Shown piece by piece: positions 53,338-64,000 of a stretch of 64,000 nt of DNA (position 1 is its first letter; every line of letters starts with the position of its first letter). The position numbers and the translations under genes were made by a program. The notes beneath the pieces are model-generated. The model was not told the origin of the DNA. It worked only from the letters and a program-made list of their open reading frames with translations, and did not search any database. This stretch comes from Candidatus Bathyarchaeota archaeon (lineage in GTDB: Archaea; Thermoproteota; Bathyarchaeia; 40CM-2-53-6), in assembly GCA_963706285.1 (NCBI GenBank), contig CAVPLU010000012.1, forward strand, positions 109,344 through 173,343, written 5' to 3'.

Positions 53338-54073
53338 CTATGTGAAGAGGCCCTTGTCGACTGAGCTATCAGTCCGCCAGTAAGAGAAGGGGATTGTCAT
53401 AGAAACGGCCGTGGGAAACAAGCTGGCCAAACGTAACTGAAAATCGCGATCGGCAGGAGGCACCACACGTCTAGATTTGTCCGAGTAGTAACCTCCAACA
53501 ACCTCCCAGGCGGTTCTGAAGAATGTGCTGCCAGAGTGGGTTAAGTTGAGATCGTTCGGATGGGAGAAATGGGGTATGTCCTTCGGCGCGTAGCGGGTAA
53601 GCGGGATCGCCGAATAGTCGGAACAGGTGTTGCGAATGAACAGATGGGGATCATCAGGCCGGGGATTTCGGTAAGTTTGACAAAGGTGCTGAAGTTGCGC
53701 CGAAAAGAAACAGGTCCGGGTTATGCTGAAGTATCTTGACTGTTGCTTCCACAGCGTCGTGCATCAGGTAATCATCATCGTTGAGGATCATGAATAGTGA
53801 GGCTTGCGAGCTGGATACGGCGAGATTGATGGCAAAGGCTTGCCCGGAGTTGCGAGGGGTCTGGAGTATCGTTGATTTGATGCCCTCGGGGAGCTGATTG
53901 CGAAGTTGCTGCAGATGAACAAGAGTGTCATCTGTGGAATGGTCTTCTACGAGGATTACCTCGAAAGGCCGATGGGTTTGCTGGATAAGGCTTAGGAAAG
54001 TGGACTCAAGGTAGGCAGAGTGGTTGTAGCAGGGAACCACAATCGAAATATCATCATGCCAATCACGACCCAC
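53338..54073 (-). CDS. GT2 glycosyltransferase, frameshift near 53660
   Basis: SIVVPCYNH, EDHSTD, LNDDD; continues in another frame through VVGGY and DRDF. Confidence 0.85.
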
Positions 54074-54187
54074 ACGGCAAGTCGGACTGATGCGTCTCTT
54101 GAAAGCGCCTCACTGCCGCTTGGTCAATTCTGCCAACGACCGGCTGCCGAGAACTTGAGCGACGGAAACGACTCATCCCTGCCGATA

Positions 54188-55584
54188 TCACATTCCCTGC
54201 CAAATGCTTGCCTGGAAACAAGTCGGAAGACTTGCCTGTAATCTCTCTAACCAATCTAGATTGTACAATGCGCTCGAGGAAAGTGCCCCCAGGAAAGTCG
54301 CCATATCTGGTATTTGATTCGTGTCTGAGGGTTTCAGCTCCTCGAGGTTGAGTTTGATGAGAAAGACGCCTAACAGGCCGTGAAAGACACCCATGAAGAA
54401 TGGCACGTACTGCGTGCACCTGTGGGAAGATTTGATATTGGATTAGGGCCGCACGCTGCATTGCTGCCGTGTAAGCTGGGATAAGAAAGATAGTGTGCCC
54501 GAGCGTGGAGACGTTCGCATATGTGTACATTGCAAGGAAGGCCGCGACGAATAGGATCGCAAGTGGTCTGAAACGACGTCTATCGATTCCGTAGTAGACG
54601 GCCAACATGGGCGTGATCCAGGTGAAGTGATACGGCTCGTACGTGGTGGCTGTGAAGTGTATCAGAAGGAAAGCTAATACGAGGCTGTCGATTCGGTGTC
54701 TCTTCCACAAATTGGTGGCAACGTACAACTGAAGAGGATACAAGAAGAGCGCTAGGGGAACGCCCAGCCTGTCAAATGTGCCCTGTATTCCAGGCACGAC
54801 AATTATCCCATAGAAACGGAGCAACCATGCATTGCCGAAAGCTATCCCAACAAAAGACGATACAATTGCTTCAACTGATCCGAATATCCGAAGCAAAACG
54901 TAGAGTGCAGCAACAAGTGGTGCCAGAAAAGAAATCATGAAACCAACTGTCATTCTACTCGAACATTTACGAATCCAATACAAGAGAAAGGCGGGCAGCA
55001 AAAGCAGTGGGAAGATCCTGAGAAGAGTCGCTAAAGAGAGAGTTAGTCCTGAGGAGACCCAGCGTTTCCTCAGAGCAAGAAGAACAGCGAGAACAACAAA
55101 CGCAGCGGGGATTACATCCATGGATCCCCACATCTCAATCATGAAAACATTGAACGGATTGAGATACCAAAAGAGGAAGGCTTTCCCCCCGCTTTGAGCG
55201 GAACCCGTGATGTCACGGACAAGAAAGAAAACGAAAACGCCAGCCAACACATCAAAGATCAGAATGGGCAGCTTGATTGCGAAGGTCAACAGGAACGCCT
55301 CGACGGACGGGTGGAAATAGTACATCCCAAGCATCGCACCAACTTGTGGATGTGCAACGGGAATCGCGTTCCAGAGCCAGAAGAACGGAGCGAGAAGCAG
55401 AGCAAGCCCGGTGTAGACGCCATGGAAGGACACTATTCCGTGGCTTAGACTATGATACTCACATGGAAGCGTAATTGAGGAATGTGATGAAGTCTGCGCC
55501 TAGTGGAGTCAATGTGGCCAGTACGGTCTTGACTGCGGCCACAGCGACCACACAGATGATCCATCTTCTTGAGAGTCCAAGCAT
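54188..55584 (-). CDS. polytopic GT-C (GT87/PIG-M-like) glycosyltransferase, frameshifted
   Basis: About 11 TM helices; KLPILIFD, WYLNPF, WGSMD, RIFP, PYHFTW. Confidence 0.7.
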
Positions 55585-55609
55585 AGCAAGACAACCCACT
55601 TGGCTGCCA

Positions 55610-57106
55610 CTAGGGTTTGGAACTATCATCGTTCGGTTCGCGGCGAACCCAGAGTCGAAAAATCGCAATAGAATAGACCAAACTGGTCGCGGACAAGCTA
55701 GCCCTAAGCCAGGGCGTCACCAGCACACTGACCTCCCTACTAAACAGTGTCGAGAACATGGACTGCACATACCACGGCAGGGGCTCAACTCCGCCTACAG
55801 TGGGAAAGAGCAACAGGCTATATCCGCTCGGCGTGCTGTAGGCAGCAAAGGTCGTAAAACCCCAGCCAAAAGCCAAAGTCAACAAGATACCAAGAAGTGC
55901 CAGATGCCGCCGCCCGAACAGCACGAGATCAAGCGTCAGGAACGGCAAGACCCACACAAGGTACTGCGGATACGGATCAGTGAAAGCATAGTAGAACAAT
56001 AGAATTGGCACTATCAAGCTGACGAGCGAAGGTTCATGAGTTTTGCCAAAGTGCCAGATGACAAAGTATACCACGACAAGAACTGCAGTAAAGTAGCTAA
56101 TTGGGATCTGAGGAATCGCCGTGCTCACTTTGGCTATCTCGAAGAGGGCGCCTATCGGTTGCGATATAGGAGAATACTGAATGAGCGGAATCAAAGAGAG
56201 ACTCCCTTTCAGATTCCAACTCAGATAGGCACTGAGCCCCAGAAACGCGAGACAAAACGTGAACCATTGTAAACGAGTTCTTACCTTATTGCGCTCCTCG
56301 TACAATAGTACGCAGGGAAGAAGAAAGATAGGATAAAGTTTCAGAGCGATCCCGCCTGCGAAAGCTAGGCTCGCGAGCTTTGTCCTTCCCTGCAGCAGCA
56401 TCAGGACTCCAACTGCAACCAGCATGGAGACAGCCACGTCTGGCATGCTTAGCATTTCAATTGCGAACAGTGCGTAGGGATTGACCAGCCAAGCAAGCGT
56501 TGCAAGACGGGCAAGTTCAGTTGATCCCTTGACCCGCAAGACTGTGAAATAGAGAACGAAGGCGATCGCCAAATCGCATAACAACACCGGAAGACGCACG
56601 AGGACCGCCAAAAGACGCAGGTCCATGGGCATTGCCATTGGCGGAGTCTGCCACCACACTTCAGGTTTGGACGTCACAAAGGGCATCGTCGCCCACAAGT
56701 CTATGATTTGCTTGTTCAGAACTATCCATGGGGCCCATTGTGTGCGAGAGTCATTGGCTATTGCTAGCTTGAGGATATCCACAAGATCACTGCTCGCTGG
56801 AACAAGAGCGGAGACAACGAACTTCACGACGACAGACGCGATCACGAGGAACAAGAAAGCGTTTCTGTTGCGGACGAAGAGTGAAAGACACCGGGACAAG
56901 GCTGCTCGAATTCTAACAAGATTGGGAATCACAAAACCTGCCCCAAAGACATCATTGGCTGTCCATGCCTGAGCGGGAACTGAGTTTTTGAGCTTTTGCA
57001 CAACCTCGACGGTGGTCTTTCTTGCCGCGAGGGTCATTTCCACATAGCTGGCGGAGCTGGCGGCCCAAGCGGAGAACACTGCTCGTGTAATGCGAGACCT
57101 CCACAA
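55610..57106 (-). CDS. polytopic GT-C (GT87/PIG-M-like) glycosyltransferase (start probably downstream, e.g. 57037)
   Basis: RLPVLLCD, WLVNPY, MPD, KLYP, PQYLVWVLPF. Confidence 0.75.
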   Translation of the reverse strand: MWRSRITRAVFSAWAASSASYVEMTLAARKTTVEVVQKLKNSVPAQAWTANDVFGAGFVIPNLVRIRAALSRCLSLFVRNRNAFLFLVIASVVVKFVVSALVPASSDLVDILKLAIANDSRTQWAPWIVLNKQIIDLWATMPFVTSKPEVWWQTPPMAMPMDLRLLAVLVRLPVLLCDLAIAFVLYFTVLRVKGSTELARLATLAWLVNPYALFAIEMLSMPDVAVSMLVAVGVLMLLQGRTKLASLAFAGGIALKLYPIFLLPCVLLYEERNKVRTRLQWFTFCLAFLGLSAYLSWNLKGSLSLIPLIQYSPISQPIGALFEIAKVSTAIPQIPISYFTAVLVVVYFVIWHFGKTHEPSLVSLIVPILLFYYAFTDPYPQYLVWVLPFLTLDLVLFGRRHLALLGILLTLAFGWGFTTFAAYSTPSGYSLLLFPTVGGVEPLPWYVQSMFSTLFSREVSVLVTPWLRASLSATSLVYSIAIFRLWVRREPNDDSSKP

Positions 57107-57722
57107 CGTGCCGAGCTTTCCGGAAGAAGTTCACTCGTTTCGAGTTGGCTGTCAAGAACCGTCGGGTGCAAGATGCTGTCATAATACACGGGTAACTTAT
57201 GCTTATCGGGCGGTAGAGCGCTCAATGCCGCAATCTTATGCTTGACTTGACATGGGGGTCCTAGGAAAATATTGCGAGGATGCCCACGGGATAGAGGGGC
57301 TGTTGGATCATGAGTCTCGTCGGAATGGGTTATCTCGTTGGCACATTCTCACTTGGAAGTCCCAGAGACATTATCATGACTATCGTTGTTCTTGGAGGCC
57401 TTGGTCATGCCTACTTGATATCCGGCACTTCTTTAAGCAGTTGCAGACGGGTCAAGAATGCGGCATCGGCGTTACTGATGACGAGCACGATCATGCTGAT
57501 CATTACCCAAAGGATGTTCCACGCAATGACACTCTCCCACGATTCTATAAGGTGCTGACGTCCACTGTGGTATTGAACTCATTTTCGCTCGCTGGACGGT
57601 TGATCTCGAATTGAGAAAGGTCGGAATAGTTGCGAGCGGCTCAACTGTGATTGATGCCATTACGATTCTAGATGATGGCGAAGAGAAGAGTTTCAAGCAA
57701 TCTCTAAGTCATTGCCCGGGGC

Positions 57723-58344
57723 ATGATGCGCAAGCAAGTGGACAAGCAGCATTATGACGGCATGCAGTATGACACGAAGTCTCGTTTCGCAAGCTACTGG
57801 CACCAGCTCGACGAGATCATGAAGTGCAATCCGAAGTCTGTTCTTGAGATTGGCAAAGGATCGGGATTCGTGAGTGCATGGTTGAGATCCCATGGAACCA
57901 ACACTAACTACGCTTGATGTAGATTTCGACTTGCAGCCGGATGTCGTTGGCTCGATCCGTCAGTTGCCATTCAAGAAAGCTGAATACGATGTTGTAGCGT
58001 CTTTCCAGGTCCTCGAACACCTTCCCTACAAGTGGTTCAGAAGCGCCATTTCTGAGATGACTAGGGTGACCAGTATGATGGTACTCCTTTCCCTACCAGA
58101 CAGTACCCCAGCATTCTCTTTCAGCTTTCACATTCCGAAGCTCGGCAATGTGAAGTGGATGCTCGAGTTACCGCTGGCACTCGAGCACAAGTTCGACGGC
58201 CAACACTACTGGGAGATAGGCAAGAGGCATTACCCTCTCGCAAGGATTGTCCAAGATATTCGATCGGCCGGTCTGAGAATCGAAAACACATATCGGGTTC
58301 TTGAACGTCCGTATCACAGGATTTTCGTCTTGCGAAAACTCTGA
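57723..58344 (+). CDS. class I SAM-dependent methyltransferase, frameshift near 57900
   Basis: VLEIGKGSG, LPF, FQVLEHLP, QHYWEIGK. Confidence 0.85.
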
Positions 58345-58924
58345 AGGAAAGAGTCAGATTAGAAAAGGGAACCAGAGAATCGAAGATGCAACGTTACTCG
58401 CTTTGAAGCTATCCGGGTGACGACGCAATCAGGAAATGATTGGGAAATCAGAGAAGATCTGCATGAACGATGAGAAAATGGCGACCAGATCCGCAAACAC
58501 TACCGCAGACCGTGCGGCTCGTTCGCCCATTGTTTCTCTTCGCCAATCTTCGTGCCAGTTTCCTGTGTAGCTTGACGGCTTTCGGTGCCTTACCCTCATG
58601 GTAGAGCCCCCGGCTCCACGACACTTCAATTCACTGAAGACTCCATGCAGCACCGCATACCCGGCAAGTTGGCGTCTTCGGCGGTAAGCTAGGCTCGGGT
58701 CCTACGTAGGTTCCAAAGGATTGGGTCATTAGGACCTAAACTCAGTCAAACAGGAGGCCGTGATTGATTCTCCGACAGGCTAAAGCTGCAAGCCACCCAA
58801 CGAATCTTGACACTAGCCAGAAGCGGAGGTGCCCGATGTAGACTTGGACAATGCCATTCACAGAAGCAGAGCAGCATCTCGACACCCAACCGGTAAGCGA
58901 GATGGAACTTGAAGAGCCGATCAC

Positions 58925-60476
58925 CTAAACATGCGATGTGGCCGTTTGCACTTTTTCTCGTCGGTGGCTTGACATAAGAATCTTTGACAGTATGTTGATC
59001 GGTGTCCAGTACCGTTTTCCGAAGGATTGTTTGGCCAACTGGATGTCAGACGGGCGAATCGCTCTGAGAAGTCTAAGGCCAATCAGATACGCGCATGCTC
59101 CAAGAACAACGTATACTGGAAGCAAATGCTTATCGTACCAGAACTCCTGAGCGAGCCAAACCACCCCGGCCATTACAAGGCTGGCTGCGAAGCTCTTCCA
59201 CAAAGCTTCACGGTCGATAGAAATTCTCAGCCGAGTTCTAGCTAGTGCAAGAGTCAAACCGAAGCTCACCATCATTGCGACTCCGCGGCTAACCGCGGCT
59301 CCGTTGATGCCTAGATAGGGTACGAGAACAAAAGCTGCACATACGCTGCCAACAACGCCTGTAATCGCAACGCCTGACGCGGTCACCGTCATGTCAAGCA
59401 AAAGGAGTATGTTTCCGAAAGCGTTACCCAGAAGCGTGACACTGAAGAAAATAGTCAAAACCTGCAGAACCGCCGAGCCGTACTCGTACTGCTCCCCCAA
59501 TAACAGCGCTAGGGCGGGCCTGGCTGTTGCGAACAGGCCGAGCGCCAAAGGCACCGCAATAAAGGAGACGTACCTAGACGCCGTGTGTATTGCATCTTCA
59601 AGTCCGGCTTTCCCCCTGACGCTCTGGATCTCTGCATAGGCAGGGTAGAGGACTTTGGACATTCCCACAGGCATTGCCGATAGGACACCGAATGCTGTGA
59701 GCGTCGCATTGTAAACCCCCAACTCCGAAAGCGACACAAACACCAAGAGCAGGGCGCGGTCGTACCAGCTGCGGGCGAAGTCGATCAAGCGCCCCGGCAT
59801 CAAAGGTACAGAGAATCTCAGGAGCTGTTCTAATTTAAATTCAAAACTTGGAGGCCCGAGTGTTCGAATGACCAAGGCAGTCGTCATAATAACATAGCTC
59901 AAGTCCGAAAGCACCCAAGCGAAAATAAGCCATGAGAAGTCATGGAGCGAAATTAGCAGTACAACGATTAGTGTCTGTCTAATGGCCATGTAAGCGACTG
60001 CCGCAATGGAATATTCACGGAACTTGTGTGCCCCAATGAGTGCGCTGCCGAGAGTCTGAGACAATCCTGCGGTGAGGAAAACGTCAAGAGCTAGCAACTG
60101 AAATACCAACGGCTCGGTCGAAAGCGCTCCCGAGAGTTGTGAAGCAAACATGAAACAGGGCAGGACCATAATTCCCGAAAGGGTAAGGCTGATCTTGGTG
60201 GACTGATAGAAGACGGCAGCCGCGCTTTCTTTTCGACCCTGAGCGAGTTCTTCGGCGACAAATCTGGCAATTGCGTCTGGCAGTGCGAGAGGTGCAACTA
60301 GTTCTATGAGCGCGAGCTATAAGGGTCAATATCGCAAGGAGGCCCATCTGGGTCGTTGTGATCAGGCGAGCGACAAGGGCGAAGGCCGCGACTTGGATTA
60401 GATTTGTTGCCAGCGTCTGGGTCAGCATGTATGATGCACCCCTCGCGACATGAACAGCCGAAGTTCGCTCATCCAT
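58925..60476 (-). CDS. Wzx/MurJ-like oligosaccharide flippase, frameshifted near the 5' end
   Basis: About 12-14 TM helices; LLRFSVPL, DR..L, LGVY, LVPYLGINGAA. Confidence 0.88.
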
Positions 60477-60737
60477 TTCTTGAGACCTTCTCCAAGTGCG
60501 TGCGTCGTCCACCAGAACAGGCTTTCTGGAGCAGTAATCAGAGAGACCCTTGGCTTTTCAGAAGCTGATTTGGCCCTAAGATGTGCCCTTGAGGAGTGGC
60601 TCCCGGCACATGGAGGACTAATGGTGAGGCGAACGACTGTTTCTGCGAAGATCCATTTCATTGAGCTGACAACCTGGGCTGCGGAGGACACTACTGGTGT
60701 TCTCCAAGTAGCCCAATAATGCACAAAACAGGGTAGG

Positions 60738-62040
60738 CTAAGGAGTTATGGGCTGTGCAAGTTCGGAGACAATCCATCTATGCTTGCCTGGCGCGGTAGG
60801 CGGAATAGCCTCAGTCAGCCTGACCTCAACGCTCTGTCCCTCCAGGATTGTGGTAAGCTTTCTCTGTATGCCATTGACATCGATATTTCGCGCAGAAGGA
60901 TCCGCCTCCAGCCACAAGGTTACCGCTCCGTCAGAGAATTGGTGGGCTCTGAAACGCCTGACCAGACTCTCATATCCAATCATGTGTACCATAGCCCCAG
61001 CATCAAGGCGTACAGGTCGGCCCGAGCGGCTGATCAAGAGATCGTTGCTTCTTCCTATGATCTGCCCCAACACAGCAAATCCCACTCGGGCTTAGTGATC
61101 AGACCGGTCGGTCAAATCACCGATATTGTATCGCAACAAAGGAAAAGAGGGGTTATCCAAAACCGATATTACAATTTCATAGTAGCTACCTTGCGTCGGC
61201 AATGTCTCAACCATTACAAGGTCTTCTCTCGCCCGCAGCAATTGCAGGGGGTCCTCACACGCGATAAGTTCGCACTCTGCAGCTCCATACTCCTCAACAA
61301 CGTTCGTGTGAAAAGCACGCTTGACGGTCTCACGGATTTCACGAGTGAGTATCTCGGCCGTTAACACTATCAGTTTGAGCGACGGCACGTTGACGCCGAT
61401 TTTTAGCGCCTCCAGTGCAAGCAGGTAGACCGCCGAACTATAGCCATAAAGGAATGCTGGTTTGAAGTGTTCCATCTCATCGAGATACCGTCGAAGATCT
61501 TCTTTCCCCAGTCTGTACGATGAAAAGCGGACACGATCACGCAGGGAGTCTTCAATGGTCTGCCTCAGCCCAGACAGACTCGGCGAGTAAGACGATCCGT
61601 GACCCCAAAGCATGACGGACCGATCGAATATTCCGACGCCCCAAAGTGCACGCGAACGGTACTGACAGCACGTCATCTTCAGCGCAAGGTCGTTCTCACG
61701 ATAAATCGCAAGAGGAATTCCCGTCGATCCGCCTGTGTGTTTCCATTTGCCCGGACGTGGTCTTTCTGATAAGAGTGCACCACTTCTGACGTCTTCCTTC
61801 TCCAGTAGTGGAACGTTCGAGACGTACTCGTTGAGGCTTTGGAATTCCGCAGGGCAAGTTCCTCTCATGGAGTAGTTGTCGATAGTACGGAACATGAGCG
61901 GTAGCGTGGCGCCAAACCTGATTGATGCTTCTGAGCTGCACACTTTCGATCTCGGAACGGGACCACCGCTCATGCTCTGCTAAGACCTGCGTCAGGCTCG
62001 AAGCTTTCCGAAAGAACGGGTGCAGCCGCAGAAGGTTCAT
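60738..62040 (-). CDS. phenylacetate-CoA ligase-like (CapK-type) adenylating enzyme; two frameshifts
   Basis: VPYYR, TGGSTG.P, YGAAE, PLLRYNIGD, IIGR, GKHR. Confidence 0.85.
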
Positions 62041-62250
62041 GGGGCATTCCCGAGAAGTCCAGCATTCGCTTGGGTGCTGAACTCTCTAATTATGGTTGTC
62101 TTTAGGAAGGCTCTCATCCGCAATAGCAGGGAACAACGGGCATGAATTCTTGAGGTGTAGAGCTACCTTCAGAATCGCAACGCCCAATTTCTGATACTCG
62201 ATATGTTTGAGTTTGTCCTCGATCGACCTTGCAGCAGGACCTCGCCTTGC

Positions 62251-63468
62251 TTAGTCTGATCGGTGCTCCGTGACTTGCCTCAGCACGCTTACTACTTCCT
62301 TGGCGTAACGAGCGCGGCTGAAATTAGCCCGTGCCCACGCCTCGCCGTCCCGACCCATCCTCCGCGCCTCGCTAGGATTCTCGTGAAGATAGATAATCTT
62401 CCTTGCCAAATCATGATAGTCGCCGGGAATGTAGAGCAGACCGTTGAATCCCTCACGGATCAGCTCCAATGTGCCCCCTGCTCTAGTGCCTATTACTGGC
62501 TTGCCAGCCAACATCCCCTCCAACGTCACCCGACCAAACGCCTCACTCCTCGAGCACATCAAAACGATATCAGCCTGTGATACAACTGAAAGCGTGTTCT
62601 CCATTGGGCCGAGGAATTTGATATTATCCAACTGCAAATCCACAACCAGTCTGCGCAGGTGCTTCTCGTAGTTACGATCCAGTGTAGGCCCCACGATCCA
62701 GAGGGTCACATCGATTCCCAGGCGACGTAACTCGGCCGCAGCCAATACCGCATCCTCTTGTCCCTTGGCCTTCTGCAAAGAGCCAACGATAACACAGCGA
62801 ATGCCCGCACCCTTGGTTAGAGCAGGCAGCATCTTGCCGTTCGATTCTTGGCTCTGAGCAACAACACATGGATAGATCAGCCTAACCTTCTTTGAACCAA
62901 AACGCGGAATGAATTTGCTCGCAACAGCCTGAGAATTCACCACGATCGCTGACGAAAGACGATTCATGAGGTTCAGCGACATTTGCTCGCCAAGATCGAA
63001 GACCAGTCCAAAATCTTCAGCTCCGAACTCGCGAATATCCCAAACGTGGGGGCGACGAATGAGCCATGCAGCAAAGGCGCCTACGCAGACCGTCATGGTG
63101 TTCGTGTAGACGACGTCGCATTGACGTAGCTTGATGTGCGATACGAGGATCGGGAATGTCAGGAGATTCAAGAAACTCCTGATTGCTCGTGACGCGACCG
63201 ACGATCGGACGAATAGCCCACGGATTGTGTGCGAGGTAATTGATGAGTTTGAACCCATCCACCACGCGAACGGCACTGTGACGACATCGATACCTAGGTT
63301 GGTCAGTTCTCGAGAGAGGGCCCCCTTGTAAGGCAGAATCACGGAGCACTGTATGTTCATGCTTGCGAGCATTTTCACAAGCTCTAGAAGCGACCGTTCA
63401 GCACCGCCGAGCCCTGCCGAGTGCGAAACGAAACAGATCCTCACGCTGGTTTCCTCATATCTGGTCAT
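62251..63468 (-). CDS. GT4 glycosyltransferase
   Basis: GGAERS, KGQ, EAFGRVTLEGM..GKPVIGT. Confidence 0.92.
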   Translation of the reverse strand: MTRYEETSVRICFVSHSAGLGGAERSLLELVKMLASMNIQCSVILPYKGALSRELTNLGIDVVTVPFAWWMGSNSSITSHTIRGLFVRSSVASRAIRSFLNLLTFPILVSHIKLRQCDVVYTNTMTVCVGAFAAWLIRRPHVWDIREFGAEDFGLVFDLGEQMSLNLMNRLSSAIVVNSQAVASKFIPRFGSKKVRLIYPCVVAQSQESNGKMLPALTKGAGIRCVIVGSLQKAKGQEDAVLAAAELRRLGIDVTLWIVGPTLDRNYEKHLRRLVVDLQLDNIKFLGPMENTLSVVSQADIVLMCSRSEAFGRVTLEGMLAGKPVIGTRAGGTLELIREGFNGLLYIPGDYHDLARKIIYLHENPSEARRMGRDGEAWARANFSRARYAKEVVSVLRQVTEHRSD

Positions 63469-63695
63469 CTTTCAGGAGGAGACGGATCGAAAAAGAACGC
63501 AGGAGGCTCTACCTCAAGTCGCAGAATTGCTACTTCCATTTCGACTGGTCTTTCGACAGAATCTATCATCGTATGACCATTGTCCTACCGCGCACGTCCG
63601 ACTTAGGAGCAGAGTTCGCACCTTTTGGGTTTTGCTTGTTTCGAGAAGCTACTTATCCTTGCAACTGTGCCATATCCTTGAGGTGTGAAACGGAT

Positions 63696-64000
63696 TTGAA
63701 GCGCATCTATGTTGCGGGAGCGGGATACGTTGGCCTCGTTACCGCTGCGCTCTACTCCGACAAGGGAAACCACGTGCTCCTATACGACAAAGACAGGACA
63801 AGGCTTGCGGCGGTGACAACCGGTGAGATGCCGATACTCGAACCTAATCTTGAAAAAGTTGTCAAGCGTGTCGATCGATACAGGACATTTGGAAGTCGTA
63901 ACGGATCCTGCGCTCGCGGTTTCCATGTCGGATTTCTCGTTTGTCGCAGTTGGCACCCCACCGCGCAAGGATGGATCCATCGACCTTTCGCAGGTGATGG
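63696..64000 (+). CDS. UDP-glucose/GDP-mannose dehydrogenase, 5' part (runs off the window; frameshift near 63870)
   Basis: Hand translation: MKRIYVAGAGYVGL...PILEPNL, then FVAVGTP...DGSIDLS. Confidence 0.85.
   Translation, partial: MKRIYVAGAGYVGLVTAALYSDKGNHVLLYDKDRTRLAAVTTGEMPILEPNLEKVVKRVDRYRTFGSRNGSCARGFHVGFLVCRSWHPTAQGWIHRPFAGD

Noticed and set aside
58634-58640. CTGAAGA as a hammerhead ribozyme core
   Set aside because: There is no stem II followed by GAAA on that strand.
5183-64000. Frameshifts in about 20 genes (porA, pckG, GTPase, cofE, GTs, flippase and others) read as pseudogenisation or programmed frameshifting
   Set aside because: They hit core genes, leave both halves well conserved without in-frame stops, and show no common slippery motif. 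Long-read indel error is the simpler explanation.
1-64000. CRISPR array, rRNA, SRP RNA or RNase P RNA
   Set aside because: No regularly spaced repeat-spacer units or diagnostic conserved motifs were seen by eye.

Overview
This is an archaeal chromosomal segment. Gene content (TFB, Rpo12, aIF1/SUI1, pantoate kinase with archaeal PPAT, EndA with a Crenarchaea-type loop, CFI-box-CTERM protease, CofE) points to a TACK archaeon, most like Bathyarchaeia (inference). It carries housekeeping and metabolic genes (porGDAB, GTP-PEPCK, ahcY, glyS, H+-PPase, CoA synthesis), several surface proteins, a broken IS6-type transposase, and a glycosylation cluster from about 47.9 kb to the end. Many genes are split by single frameshifts, which most likely reflects long-read indel errors. 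The two most striking observations are: (1) a tRNA-Gln(CUG) gene at 17961-18125 interrupted by four bulge-helix-bulge introns (21/22, 29/30, 37/38, 59/60) that splices in silico to a normal 76-nt cloverleaf, in the same window as a broad-specificity-type splicing endonuclease; and (2) a cluster at 4.4-6.6 kb with an unannotated 55-aa Tyr-rich YPQY-repeat peptide and two paralogous Tyr/His-rich Zn-ribbon microproteins that share a 22-bp upstream motif.
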